Source: an uncultured Prevotellaceae bacterium
GTDB lineage: Bacteria; Bacteroidota; Bacteroidia; Bacteroidales; Bacteroidaceae
Length of the DNA stretch: 36,637 bases
Direction of reading: 5' to 3'
Assembly (NCBI GenBank): GCA_947176655.1
Contig: CAMWRK010000001.1
Coordinates: 1 to 36,637, forward strand
Of this stretch, positions 1 to 9,475 are shown piece after piece; within the stretch, counting starts at the first letter, position 1; the number at the start of each line of letters is the position of its first letter. The position numbers were made by a program, and so were the translations under genes. A model generated the notes under the pieces. That model worked only from the letters and a program-made list of their open reading frames with translations, ran no database searches and was not told where the DNA came from.

Positions 1-1559
1 TACTCATCTGTCAGGAGAAACTCTTCGGCACTGTCCTCCGACACTATCCTATCCATATACTTCCGTGCCTCGGCATATTTGCCCTGCATAAACAGTATCC
101 AGGCATAGGTATCCAGATAGGTCTTGTTGTCAGGTTCCGCCTTGATGGTGCGATAGCTCATTTCTTCTGCCTTGTCCAGATTCTCGTTACGCAGAGAGAG
201 ATAGTAAGCGTAGTTGTTAAGACACAGGACATTGTCCTTGTTGTACACCAGAGCAGAATCGTACTCTTCAAACGCTTTCTGCCATTTTCCCTGTTTGTAG
301 TATACATCGCCTTTGACAAGAAAAGCATCTGATATCAAGGCTATGCGTGTCTCCTCCGAACGCAGCCGAAGCCCCTTTTCCATGACCTCCAGTGCCTCGC
401 GCAAGTCGCCCCGCTCAGACAGAATCATGGCAAGGAAATAAGAGTAGGCAAGCTCTTCCGGATGATAGTTGACTCCTCTCCTGCATATTTCTTCCAGAGA
501 TGCCCAGTTCCGGGTTCCGGCATAGTAGCTGAGCAACCAGCGTGTGGCCATGTCATTGTCCGGTTCGACATGCAGTATCCGCGACATGACATCACATATT
601 CTTGCCTGCGGCTGCCTGCGGTAATTAAGATAGGCGGCATACATGGCCAACATATCTACCGACATGGAGTCCAACTGCAGAATCCGCTCAAAACGTGCAG
701 TCACCCCATCTATCTCAGCAGAATCCGCCGAAGCACGCTGTATCATCTGCTGCATCAGCACAGCCCTCTTCTCCGTATCTGTTCCAGGAGCATAAAGAAT
801 GGAATCGCGTACAGCGACATACAGGCTGTCCATCCCCTGCACCGCGTAATAGTCCAGCATGGCCATCTGCAAGGCGACATTGGACGGATCTGTCTTCCTG
901 ACCTCGTCGTATATCTGCAAGGCACGGTCAAAGTCACCGATTTGCTGATAACGATAGCCCATATCTATCCTGAAAGACATGTCCGCAGGATACTCGTCGC
1001 ACAGGCTCTGCAACTCACGGAAAGCCTTCGCGCTGTCACCCATCTGCATGTACAGAGCAAATTTCTTCCCCACCAACTGCTGCATCTTTCCTTCCAGCAT
1101 CTCCAGTCTGTCCAGTGTGGCGACAGCATCCTCCGTGCGTCCGAACCTGTCGTACATGCCCGCGATATGGTACAAGACATCCGACCTGCCGCTCTGCAGG
1201 CGGCTAAGCCGCTCCAACAGCGGCAAAGCCTCCTCTTCACGGCTCTGCCTTATAAGTATAGAGGCCAGAGGCTCTACATAATAAGGATTCATTGAATCCA
1301 GCTCCACAGCCCTGTACAGATACTCCAGTCCTATGCTGTCTTCACGGATGTAGAAACTCATTCTCCCAAGGTGAAACAACGCTTCGGCGGAACACGAATC
1401 AATCTCCAGACAATGGCTATACAAGTCGTGAGCCGCAGACCATTGGCCAAGCATACGTTTCTTTGCAGCCTCGGTCATGAAATAGTCCAGACGCGACTGT
1501 GCAGCCGAAATGCCTGACAGCAGCGACATCAGTATGCAGAATACATATTTCATCCTCAT
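1..1559 (-). CDS. TPR-repeat protein with N-terminal signal peptide (partial; C-terminus lies beyond the left window edge)
   Basis: My own translation of the minus strand gives an open frame from ATG at 1559 ([27 protein letters not shown]...) to position 1 with no stop. It is absent from the ORF track because it has no in-window stop. It contains recurrent TPR-like helical units (..[17 protein letters not shown].., ..[20 protein letters not shown].., ..[32 protein letters not shown].., ..[24 protein letters not shown]..). The start overlaps the dut stop as ATGA (1556-1559). Confidence 0.75.
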   Translation of the reverse strand, partial: MRMKYVFCILMSLLSGISAAQSRLDYFMTEAAKKRMLGQWSAAHDLYSHCLEIDSCSAEALFHLGRMSFYIREDSIGLEYLYRAVELDSMNPYYVEPLASILIRQSREEEALPLLERLSRLQSGRSDVLYHIAGMYDRFGRTEDAVATLDRLEMLEGKMQQLVGKKFALYMQMGDSAKAFRELQSLCDEYPADMSFRIDMGYRYQQIGDFDRALQIYDEVRKTDPSNVALQMAMLDYYAVQGMDSLYVAVRDSILYAPGTDTEKRAVLMQQMIQRASADSAEIDGVTARFERILQLDSMSVDMLAMYAAYLNYRRQPQARICDVMSRILHVEPDNDMATRWLLSYYAGTRNWASLEEICRRGVNYHPEELAYSYFLAMILSERGDLREALEVMEKGLRLRSEETRIALISDAFLVKGDVYYKQGKWQKAFEEYDSALVYNKDNVLCLNNYAYYLSLRNENLDKAEEMSYRTIKAEPDNKTYLDTYAWILFMQGKYAEARKYMDRIVSEDSAEEFLLTDE

Positions 1560-1993
1560 TTCACGCCGCTATGACCGAAACCTCCTGCACCACGTTCCGT
1601 CTCGTCCAGAACATCCACATTGACGACATCAACCTGCTCGTACCGCGCTATTACCATCTGGGCTATCCTCTCACCGTCTCTTACGACAAAATCCTCCTGC
1701 CCCAGATTTACCAGTATCACGCATATCTCGCCTCGATAATCGGCATCTATGGTTCCAGGAGTATTCAGCACCGTTACACCATGTTTCAGTGCCAGCCCGC
1801 TACGTGGCCTTACCTGAGCTTCATATCCTTCCGGCAAGGCCATGAACAGTCCCGTAGGAATAAGTGCACGCTGCAACGGCCCGACTACGACCGGAGCGCT
1901 GATATTGGCTCTCAGATCCATGCCTGCACTGCACGGTGTAGAGTACTGCGGCAACGGATGGCGCGATTTGTTGACAATTTTTATCGACTTCAT
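1556..1993 (-). CDS. dut: dUTP diphosphatase (dUTPase)
   Basis: The ORF 1556..2077 contains classic dUTPase motifs ([41 protein letters not shown]). I placed the start at the internal Met ([10 protein letters not shown]..., cat at 1991-1993), giving about 145 aa, the typical length. The longer N-terminal extension would overlap the dgt 3' end. Confidence 0.9.
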   Translation of the reverse strand: MKSIKIVNKSRHPLPQYSTPCSAGMDLRANISAPVVVGPLQRALIPTGLFMALPEGYEAQVRPRSGLALKHGVTVLNTPGTIDADYRGEICVILVNLGQEDFVVRDGERIAQMVIARYEQVDVVNVDVLDETERGAGGFGHSGVK

Positions 1994-2018
1994 AAAACAA
2001 ATATTCAGTTGGCGATTA

Positions 2019-3371
2019 CTACAATGTCGGAATGGACATACCGTTGATATTGCGGTACATGTCCATGGCATACACATCCGTCATTCCGGATATATAGTCC
2101 AGCACGGCCATTATACGACCATACAACGTCGGCGCCTTCATGTCATACTGCGTTGAGACGCGGTTTATGAGCAACTGCGACAATGCCTTCTGCGGATGAA
2201 TCACAGCCTGCACCATCAGATCGGTAAGGCTGGTAATGACCTTATAACCCGCTATTTCTATATCCATAACATCCCGGCTGTGGTATATCCTCGAATAGCT
2301 TATCTCCTCACATCTGCGATATGCCTGCCCCGGAATCTCTCCAATATGGTCTATGAGACTCCCTTCAAACTCTCCGTTGAGAATCTTCTCCTCGTTATCT
2401 ACAAAAACCTTCACGCATTCCGTCTCCAACGTGTTTATCACACAGGAACGCAAATACACTATCTGTTCGTTGCGATCCTCAAGTGTCGACATGCGCTCGA
2501 AAATCCTCTCTCTATGCTCCTCGGGGAAATATGCCATCAACAATTCCTTTGTCTCTTCCGTGGTGAGGATTTTCAGCTTGTAGGCATCCTCTATGTCCAT
2601 TATCTCGTAGCAGATATCATCGGCAGCCTCTACCAGATACACCAGTGGATAGCGGGCATAACGCACGGTTCCCTTCGGGCTGTCATAACGTTTGATTCCG
2701 AGTTCTGCTGCAATTTTCATGTAAGAATCCATCTCTGCACGAAAAAAACCGAATTTCCTTTTTCCGGAAGACAGATTGCTGCTGAACGGATACTTCACTA
2801 TCGAGGCCAGCGTACTGTATGTCATCACGAAACCACCTTTGCGCCGTCCGTTGAAATGATGCGTCAGCAGACGGAAGGCATTGGCATTACCCTCGAAATT
2901 CACCAGATCGCTCCATTGTTCCGAAGTAAGCGAATCTCCCGTATCCTCACAAAAATAATCCTTAAGGAAATGTCCGCCTCCCTCGCTGAAGTACGTGCCT
3001 ATCGCCCTCTCACCACTGTGACCGAAAGGAGGATTGCCCAAGTCGTGGGCAAGACAGGCAGCAGAAACGATGCTGCCCAACTCCATCAGATGCGTGTCCC
3101 TCAGATGCGGATGACGCTCGACAAGTGCACGGCTGACATCATTGCCCAGCGAACGGCCTACGCTGCTGACCTCCAAAGAGTGCGTCAGCCTGTTATGCAC
3201 AAAGATGCTGCCAGGCAGAGGAAACACCTGTGTTTTGTTCTGCAAACGGCGAAACGGCGCCGAAAATATCAGCCGGTCATAGTCACGCTGAAACTCCGTC
3301 CGGTCATCTACCTTGTGCGGTTGCTGCTCCTGACCGAACCTTTTGTTGGAGAGTAATTGTTCCCAGTTCAT
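2019..3371 (-). CDS. dgt: dGTP triphosphohydrolase-like HD-domain protein
   Basis: 450-aa ORF. The N-terminus ([27 protein letters not shown]) and the HD motifs ([34 protein letters not shown]) are typical of the Dgt-like dNTP triphosphohydrolase family. Confidence 0.85.
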   Translation of the reverse strand: MNWEQLLSNKRFGQEQQPHKVDDRTEFQRDYDRLIFSAPFRRLQNKTQVFPLPGSIFVHNRLTHSLEVSSVGRSLGNDVSRALVERHPHLRDTHLMELGSIVSAACLAHDLGNPPFGHSGERAIGTYFSEGGGHFLKDYFCEDTGDSLTSEQWSDLVNFEGNANAFRLLTHHFNGRRKGGFVMTYSTLASIVKYPFSSNLSSGKRKFGFFRAEMDSYMKIAAELGIKRYDSPKGTVRYARYPLVYLVEAADDICYEIMDIEDAYKLKILTTEETKELLMAYFPEEHRERIFERMSTLEDRNEQIVYLRSCVINTLETECVKVFVDNEEKILNGEFEGSLIDHIGEIPGQAYRRCEEISYSRIYHSRDVMDIEIAGYKVITSLTDLMVQAVIHPQKALSQLLINRVSTQYDMKAPTLYGRIMAVLDYISGMTDVYAMDMYRNINGMSIPTL

Positions 3372-3436
3372 CTAAAAATATCCCGTCCGTTTATACTTGG
3401 CAAAAATCATTGCCTGTCAGTGTTACGTTCTGCCGG

Positions 3437-4435
3437 CTATTTTCCAGTTCCATCCACAGGATAAAACAATTTGCTCGCTCCCGATGTCACACGTATCAGT
3501 TCTGGATGCTCGGCAGCAAATGTATCAATGTGGCGCATACGCTTCTCATGCAGTATCTCGTCCACGGCAATCAGTATTCCTGTTTCCTCCACATTGCCGA
3601 AACCATCGTTTATGGCAGTTCCGAAAAGTTTCATCGTGGGCGACAGCCCCATGTAGGCATTCACCAGCGGCGGGATGTTCAGGCCACGGTCACGCACTGC
3701 CTTGTTCAGTATTCTGTAGTCTTTTTTGAAATCTTCCTCTACAAAGAGAGACTCGAACTGTTTGGGGTCATGCTCGTACTGCAACGGTACAAGCGGCTCT
3801 ATCAGACAGTCCGGATCCGGAAAATGCTTATGCAGGAAGTACAGAATCATGTCTCTGCTGAGACGGTCATACGACGGATACATCGTAAACTTGCCGAAAA
3901 GATAGCGTACATTAGGTTCTATGACTGTCACCGCTCCCAGTCCGTCCCACAGATTATCCAGAGCGAACAGGCCTTTTGTACCCATACGGCTGCTCTGATA
4001 TTCGAGAGTAACGAAAGAACGTCCCAATTCTATGGTCCACGGCGCATAGTCACGCATGAAAGTCTCAGAAAAATGGAACATGTGGCTTGTGGCAAGTAAG
4101 GGCTGGCCGTCCTTGCCGATTTCCCAGTCACTGCCAAGTATATATCTGTAGCCTCCCAGTATCTCCTCCTCCTCCGGATCCCACACGATAAGTTGCTTGT
4201 ACGGGTTGTCGCATGTATCGAACTCATCCAGATCCATGCTCTTGCCTGTGCCGCCGCCGGCTGCCCTGAAAGCAATTTCACGAAGACGGCCTATTTCACG
4301 AAGAGTGTTCGGCGAATCCTGCCACGTTACTATATATATATCATTCCCACTCTTGTTGGTACGCCGCAATCTGTGCTCTTCCGTAAGCTCAGCCTTTATC
4401 AGTTCTCGGGGAATCTTCGCGATAATATCTTCCAT
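3437..4435 (-). CDS. GNAT-type N-acyltransferase of the 'hemolysin-like' N-acyl amino acid synthase family (glycine-lipid/commendamide-type)
   Basis: 332-aa ORF. REIGRLREIAFRAAGGGTGKSMDLDEFD and LIVWDPEEEEILGGYRYI match my recollection of Bacteroidales GlsB/Cbeg12-like N-acyl glycine synthases. The size is also typical (~330 aa). This assignment is recall-based, not searched. Confidence 0.7.
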   Translation of the reverse strand: MEDIIAKIPRELIKAELTEEHRLRRTNKSGNDIYIVTWQDSPNTLREIGRLREIAFRAAGGGTGKSMDLDEFDTCDNPYKQLIVWDPEEEEILGGYRYILGSDWEIGKDGQPLLATSHMFHFSETFMRDYAPWTIELGRSFVTLEYQSSRMGTKGLFALDNLWDGLGAVTVIEPNVRYLFGKFTMYPSYDRLSRDMILYFLHKHFPDPDCLIEPLVPLQYEHDPKQFESLFVEEDFKKDYRILNKAVRDRGLNIPPLVNAYMGLSPTMKLFGTAINDGFGNVEETGILIAVDEILHEKRMRHIDTFAAEHPELIRVTSGASKLFYPVDGTGK

Positions 4436-4436
4436 A

Positions 4437-4829
4437 TCAATACTTATGCAATGAAGGCAATTCTTTCCGTAATTTAATAGTTATCAACCTACCGTTGATA
4501 AAGTACCGCCCTTCGGGCAGGCCGTTAAGCCAGTTGGTTCCTTTATTCAGGCGCATAATCAGATAAAATGCTCCGTTATCAGTATATATCGGCAATATCT
4601 GTGGTTCCTCGCTCTGCACACGAACCGAACTGCCCACGACATGCAACTGAACAGGATGGACAGAATGGCTCATCTTGTGTTGCACCACACGGTTCCCTTC
4701 AATGAATACTGTTCTCGGTATAGTGTCCTGAGTCTGCCGCTGACGTTCTCCGTATGACATGTCGGTCGGCGCTACTGCCATTACCAGCAGAGCACCGACC
4801 GACATTATTATGGACAATATACCTTTCAT
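4437..4829 (-). CDS. small secreted protein of unknown function with a T9SS C-terminal-domain-like tail
   Basis: 130-aa ORF with a hydrophobic N-terminal signal (MKGILSIIMSVGALLVMAVAP). The C-terminal segment (ILPIYTDNGAFYLIMRLNKGTNWLNGLPEGRYFINGRLITIK) resembles Por/T9SS sorting domains. Its stop abuts the downstream GNAT gene start (4437 vs 4435). Confidence 0.5.
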   Translation of the reverse strand: MKGILSIIMSVGALLVMAVAPTDMSYGERQRQTQDTIPRTVFIEGNRVVQHKMSHSVHPVQLHVVGSSVRVQSEEPQILPIYTDNGAFYLIMRLNKGTNWLNGLPEGRYFINGRLITIKLRKELPSLHKY

Positions 4830-4909
4830 TCAGATTATCTCGTTTCCGCGCCACAAATCCTTTTATTTAGGACAACGTCAAGGCGGAAACGTTTATCCTT
4901 TCTATCCTT

Positions 4910-6337
4910 TTATCTGACCAGCAGACCGGAAGCTTCATACTTTTTGCCGGCCTTTACGATAACTATACGACCGTTTGCGATGAACTTGCCATCGGTCTGT
5001 ACATCAGCGGCGATAACGGCATCTATGCCATCAGCCACCTCCTTGACAATATCGGCTTCGCTGCGGGGACAAATCTGAAGCTGGTTGAAATATGTCACCA
5101 CACCGGTAATGCTATAGACCGCATCTTCCTCCAGTTCAGGCAGAGTCATGAAAGCGTTGTACGGAGTAATGACATCCTCTCCCTGATAGAACTTGCCTCC
5201 CTTGTATGTCACACTCTTCAGTGCAACCACGGCACCCTGACTGGCAGCAGAGAGGTCGGAGATGTTCTTCTCCAAAACAGGAGTCTCCTGACCGGGAGTA
5301 ACTGTCAGACCCTCGGTGTTGGCTTTCAGGTTCTTCAGTTCTGCGGCTCCGTTGTAGAGTGTCAATGTTGTAACAACAACACCGGAAAGTTTGTCGCCCA
5401 CATTAAAGCCATGGCCGTTGGAATATACCAAGATACCCTTGCCCGTACCGTCCGTAAAATATACATTGCTGGTTCCCCTGACACCTGTACATATCAGACC
5501 TTCGGTATCCATAGCGATACCAGTATCTGTCTTTGTCGCAGCCTCCAGAGCCTCGCTCAGAGTCATAATCTTGAGAATAGTGTATGTCTGCGAAACCACC
5601 ATGCTGGCCTTGCCGTCCAGAACTGCTATAGCCTTTATTGTCGTTGTCTCGGCAAGGCTGATAGGCTCCGTGTACTCGGCGCTTTCCTCCGTAGGTTCGC
5701 TACCGTCAAGCGTATAATATATCTTGCAATCCTCTCCAGCAGAGAGTTCTACTGTCTGAGTACCCACATAGCTGCCGCCCTCCAGGCTGAACACTGGAGA
5801 GTCCACAGTACCTTCCGGCAATGTACCATAGAAGTCAATTCTCTCCACTTCGACATATTGGTTGCTTGAACCTGATGTCGTGACATTGAATACCAGCCTA
5901 TAATATGCTCCTACGGAGGCGTTTACTTCAAACACCGTTTCATCGTCAGCCTTAACTTCACCGACTACATATTCCTCGGCATTATCAAAATCAGCATTAT
6001 CTGAAACATACAGCGTTGCACTGTTTACCGTCAGATTTATGCGATACGTCTTCAGAACTACCTTGTCCACAGAACCAATCATGGGGGTTAAGCTTGTACA
6101 TGCGCGGTCTTGGTCGGTCAGTTTCTTACCTCCGATACGATACAGTTGCTTGCCATCATAGGAATAATTGGTATTACCCTCTATTTTCCATTCAATTCCA
6201 TTGCACTTCATGATTCCGCTGCCGCTGTAATCCGTATTCTTACCGGCAACAGGTTCCATACTGTAAATCAACGTTGACTGAGCCATTGCTGTCAGACCGA
6301 CCAGCATCACTGCAAATGAGAGTAAAAGTTTCTTCAT
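4910..6337 (-). CDS. secreted multidomain surface protein with a chitobiase/beta-hexosaminidase-C-like (Fn3-like) module and a possible T9SS tail
   Basis: ORF 4910..6400. I placed the start at the internal MKKLLLSFAVMLVGLTAMAQ (cat at 6335-6337), which gives a canonical signal peptide. The segment SPVFSLEGGSYVGTQTVELSAGEDCKIYYTLDGSEPTEES is a typical CHB_HEX_C-like motif. The C-terminus (DGIDAVIAADVQTDGKFIANGRIVIVKAGKKYEASGLLVR) resembles short Prevotella-type sorting tails. Confidence 0.7.
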   Translation of the reverse strand: MKKLLLSFAVMLVGLTAMAQSTLIYSMEPVAGKNTDYSGSGIMKCNGIEWKIEGNTNYSYDGKQLYRIGGKKLTDQDRACTSLTPMIGSVDKVVLKTYRINLTVNSATLYVSDNADFDNAEEYVVGEVKADDETVFEVNASVGAYYRLVFNVTTSGSSNQYVEVERIDFYGTLPEGTVDSPVFSLEGGSYVGTQTVELSAGEDCKIYYTLDGSEPTEESAEYTEPISLAETTTIKAIAVLDGKASMVVSQTYTILKIMTLSEALEAATKTDTGIAMDTEGLICTGVRGTSNVYFTDGTGKGILVYSNGHGFNVGDKLSGVVVTTLTLYNGAAELKNLKANTEGLTVTPGQETPVLEKNISDLSAASQGAVVALKSVTYKGGKFYQGEDVITPYNAFMTLPELEEDAVYSITGVVTYFNQLQICPRSEADIVKEVADGIDAVIAADVQTDGKFIANGRIVIVKAGKKYEASGLLVR

Positions 6338-6428
6338 AAGCTTTATATATTTAAGTGTTAATATTAATTCAAGCCATCCGCACAGCAACAGGCACTTCAA
6401 TACGAATATTTCTCCCGTATTTTACGTG

Positions 6429-6459
6429 CAAAATTACAAAAAAAGATAACAACGGCAAA
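6429..6459 (-). promoter_or_regulatory. Bacteroidetes sigma-A-type promoter (TTTG-N19-TAATTTTG) for the 4910..6337 gene
   Basis: The minus strand reads TGTTTGCCGTTGTTATCTTTTTTTGTAATTTTGCACG. The -33 TTTG lies at 6456-6459, followed by a 19-nt spacer and the -7 box TAATTTTG at 6429-6436. The box sits about 90 nt upstream of the ATG at 6337. Confidence 0.45.
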
Positions 6460-6520
6460 CAAAAAAACAGAAATATCCGCCATCCGTGTCCGCTCACAAG
6501 CATCCGCCAGGTCTGTGTTG

Positions 6521-7693
6521 TCACGCCCGCCTCTTCTGCTGCAGAAAATCATCCAGACTGCAGCCCTCTATACATTCGAACCAGTAGCGTGCCGTTTTTA
6601 CTGCTCCGAACCCCACAATCTCGCAGTCGGCTACCGATGCCACCTTTCCGGAAAGAATCAGACGCTTCAGTTCCGCGACACGGTAGGCAGCAATATATTC
6701 GTGAACATTATTGTGCCCGCGGCTACGCAGGCACTGCAGGAGCAACTGACGGTTCAGCCCTGTCTCCGCACACAGTCTGTCGCGTGTAAAGGTACTGTTC
6801 ATCCATACCTCCTTATGCCCCAGCATCCAACTCTGCACACATACATACCGTTTGTGGTTCATCTCGTTGAAGTCAGCGCGCCGTTTGTCCTCAGACTGCG
6901 CTTCCTTGTTCCGGACATCATCTGCCACTGAATCCACAGCATCCGCCGACTCCAAAACGATATCAGGATGTGACACTTTTACTATCAATGTCTTCATGGA
7001 GTGGCATACCCAGAAAAAATTTACTATTGTGAACAGCAACATGTACGCACACAGCAACATCGGGGTATAGCGCAATGCGGTGTAGAGATACAATATCACC
7101 GACAGCACCAGAACAGCGGTGTAGGTTATCAGAGACATAGGGAGACTGGTTCTGGAAGCCAGACGGCGCGGCAGGAAAATGATATTCACCACGTAATACC
7201 CCCCCAGCAACAAAGCCATCACCCTCAGCATAAGATCTGCCGACAATATATTACTGAAAAACTCATCGGCAGAATACACCTTGGTAAGTTGCTCCGCCGG
7301 GAACATTGCCACGATATATACCCCTGCCAATACAAACACCGGACTGGCGTATTTCAACATGCGCCCCCACTGCAGGAAACCTGGCATGACTATTCCGAAA
7401 GAGTATATACTTTGCAGATATGCCCCCACGACAAGCATCAGCAACATATAGGGATTCAGTATGCCTGGCCTACCCGCGACAACCACATCCCCGAACATGG
7501 CCACAATGGCCGTTACAGCAGAAAATATTGCCAGTATCCATGCCAGGCTGAGGTACTGCACACGATGGCGCGCCAATATTCCCATGACACACAGACCCAC
7601 GAAATGCGCTGTCGCACAACAGGCAAATACTACGGTCACTATGGTCGCATCAATGCTCATTGCAGGCAAAAATATGTAAAAAATGTGGAACAA
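6521..7693 (-). CDS. polytopic membrane protein with C-terminal AraC-type HTH DNA-binding domain
   Basis: 390-aa ORF. The N-terminal ~250 aa consist of consecutive hydrophobic segments. The C-terminal ~100 aa (FTRDRLCAETGLNRQLLLQCLRSRGHNNVHEYIAAYRVAELKRLILSGKVASVADCEIVGFGAVKTARYWFECIEGCSLDDF) follow the AraC/XylS double-HTH pattern. The start could instead be the Met at 7660 (MSIDATIV...). Confidence 0.75.
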   Translation of the reverse strand: MFHIFYIFLPAMSIDATIVTVVFACCATAHFVGLCVMGILARHRVQYLSLAWILAIFSAVTAIVAMFGDVVVAGRPGILNPYMLLMLVVGAYLQSIYSFGIVMPGFLQWGRMLKYASPVFVLAGVYIVAMFPAEQLTKVYSADEFFSNILSADLMLRVMALLLGGYYVVNIIFLPRRLASRTSLPMSLITYTAVLVLSVILYLYTALRYTPMLLCAYMLLFTIVNFFWVCHSMKTLIVKVSHPDIVLESADAVDSVADDVRNKEAQSEDKRRADFNEMNHKRYVCVQSWMLGHKEVWMNSTFTRDRLCAETGLNRQLLLQCLRSRGHNNVHEYIAAYRVAELKRLILSGKVASVADCEIVGFGAVKTARYWFECIEGCSLDDFLQQKRRA

Positions 7694-7791
7694 CCAAGCA
7701 TTGGCCTACAGTTTTCACCCGATATAAGTTAGATTCATCAGCTACTCACTGTGGACAGTCATCCGCCGGCAACCCGACTGTCCAGTTTGCC

Positions 7792-8766
7792 TCAAGCGGC
7801 CACTGCATAATTTCCAGGTTTCCGAAACGTAATGGTATATGTGTGCTTGTTCTCCGGAGCCTCACTGATGTTCTCGCCTTTTACTATGATTGTCAGGACT
7901 GCGGTTCCTTTGTCGTACTCTGCAGTATATGTGGCAGCGCGACCTGTCATGTCAACACCGGTGAACAGAGCCGGATCATAAACCTCGTCCACAGTGCTGC
8001 CCATGGCAACTTTCCGCCCGTTGTATGTGATAGCCGTAGCCTCGCTGTGGTAGAGCATTTCCATGTCGTCGATGAACATATAGTCGTTCTTATTACCTTT
8101 TCCGGGCTTTGAACTTGTGGCTATGTATACCAAAGCATAATACGGTTTCTCATTAGTCTCTTCATTACCAAACGGAATGATGTACTCTGTCCATTTATCG
8201 TTGCTTTTGATATCGTCCTTGATGGCTTTGGATACCAACGTTGCGGTGATTTTACCTGTATTCACATAGGGATCCTGATAATACCCTTTCGTGGTTAAGA
8301 ATACGGAAACCTTGGCCCTGTTAGAGCCCCGGAACTTTAGCCAGACACGGACAGCATCGGGACGCCCGCTGAAACGCATGGCCTGATCCTCGCGAGTCTC
8401 ATTGATATAATTGTAATTGCCGCTGCCGTCGGATGGATTCATGGAAGACATATTCACGCAACCTGTAGTAAGATTACCCTGTGCGACAACAAAAAATACG
8501 TTGCGGGCATGTATTCTTGCCGAATACCGCCCTGACGTTCCCGGGCGCAACTCCCTGGAACTCTTCTCCAATTGTATTGCACCGGCCATACTCTTATAGC
8601 CACCTGTACCATCCATAAAAGAGCTCCATCTCACAGGCTCTTCCCCCCTTTTGCCACCGTATGCCACCGTCTCCCACACCTCAAAGTCGGAATTGGCAAC
8701 CTGATATTGTGCGGCAGCGGTCAATGTCATTCCCATGGCAAATGCCACAAATAACGCGTTCTTCAT
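7792..8766 (-). CDS. secreted PCMD-like domain protein (last gene of the lipoprotein operon)
   Basis: ORF 7792..8796. I placed the start at MKNALFVAFAMGMTLTAAAQ (cat at 8764-8766), a signal peptidase I-type signal rather than a lipobox. The mature N-terminus (YQVANSDFEVWE) and the segment KNDYMFIDDMEMLYH parallel the PCMD-like modules of the genes at 11303 and 13950. Confidence 0.75.
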   Translation of the reverse strand: MKNALFVAFAMGMTLTAAAQYQVANSDFEVWETVAYGGKRGEEPVRWSSFMDGTGGYKSMAGAIQLEKSSRELRPGTSGRYSARIHARNVFFVVAQGNLTTGCVNMSSMNPSDGSGNYNYINETREDQAMRFSGRPDAVRVWLKFRGSNRAKVSVFLTTKGYYQDPYVNTGKITATLVSKAIKDDIKSNDKWTEYIIPFGNEETNEKPYYALVYIATSSKPGKGNKNDYMFIDDMEMLYHSEATAITYNGRKVAMGSTVDEVYDPALFTGVDMTGRAATYTAEYDKGTAVLTIIVKGENISEAPENKHTYTITFRKPGNYAVAA

Positions 8767-8809
8767 AAAGCCGGCTAATGGAACTCTACGTCTCAATTAT
8801 ACCATTCGG

Positions 8810-9475
8810 TCAGTTGTAATAATACCGTATATTATATATCTTGCCTGCCTCCTGATCCGATACCGTCACCTCTGTCGTCTGGTGCACGACTCCATCTGTA
8901 TTTGCGGTCATCAGATTATAGGCAAAACCGTTGTCCGCGCTGAAATAGGCAGTCTGCCCATCCTCCAACGATACGGTTCTGTCAGCACTATGGACTGTAA
9001 ACGTATACTCCGGAAACAACAAAGCAAAGCGTTCCGGAAGTGTCAGGCACACACCGTAATTGATCATTGGCACCTTATAGCGGCAGTAGGCCGTGTTATC
9101 TTCTTTTATCTGAACCACAGTATCTCCGAAGAGACATGCCTCACCGAGTCCGCCGTTTGCCGTAGCCCATGAAGACTGATTGTCCGTATAAGCACGAAGC
9201 GTGTACCTTCCTACCGGCAGGTCTATCACCTGAGGAATCTGACCGCTCTGATACTGTCTGACCACCGAAGCCTCGCTATCCAGAATCATCACGGCAAATT
9301 GGACTTCAGAGTCCGAAGAACGTACAACCACCGGCTGTGTGGCATCCAGCAGTGTCAGGCATAATCTGCCACAAGACGGTTTGTCTGCTGTCATGTCCCC
9401 GCTGCTGCAAGAAGACATGAGTAAGAGCACGGCAAATGCATACCCCAAAAGACATGTAAGAAGACTATTTCGCAT
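8810..9475 (-). CDS. DUF4493-like lipoprotein (paralogue 5; FimA-like N-terminus)
   Basis: ORF 8810..9523. I placed the start at MRNSLLTCLLGYAFAVLLLMSSC (cat at 9473-9475), which gives a lipobox. It shares the paralogue motifs GRLCLTLL...VVVRS, PVGRYTLRAYT and NYGVCLTL. The start overlaps the upstream stop by 11 nt. Confidence 0.7.
   Translation of the reverse strand: MRNSLLTCLLGYAFAVLLLMSSCSSGDMTADKPSCGRLCLTLLDATQPVVVRSSDSEVQFAVMILDSEASVVRQYQSGQIPQVIDLPVGRYTLRAYTDNQSSWATANGGLGEACLFGDTVVQIKEDNTAYCRYKVPMINYGVCLTLPERFALLFPEYTFTVHSADRTVSLEDGQTAYFSADNGFAYNLMTANTDGVVHQTTEVTVSDQEAGKIYNIRYYYN

Noticed and set aside
462-1295. 277-aa plus-strand ORF at the left end.
   Set aside because: It is antisense to the continuous TPR-protein frame (1..1559, minus), which has a signal peptide and TPR periodicity. 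The plus-strand translation is compositionally odd (rich in H, R, Q, I) and has no motifs.
2019-3371. The dGTPase homologue as a nucleotide-depletion anti-phage defence gene.
   Set aside because: Defensive dGTPases are known, but this copy sits in a housekeeping context. It is tightly linked to dut and core-type genes, with no neighbouring defence genes, mobile elements or compositional shift. The Dgt-like type is broadly conserved in Bacteroidetes. The sequence alone gives no support for a defence role.
2196-4099. Plus-strand ORFs of 386 aa (2196..3356) and 289 aa (3230..4099).
   Set aside because: They are antisense to the dgt-like and GNAT genes, both of which carry clear family motifs. 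The plus-strand translations have no recognisable features. They are shadow ORFs.
7001-7732. 243-aa plus-strand ORF rich in His/Gln/Arg.
   Set aside because: It is antisense to the membrane AraC-type regulator, whose hydrophobic helices translate on the opposite strand into polar low-complexity sequence. It has no start context or motifs.
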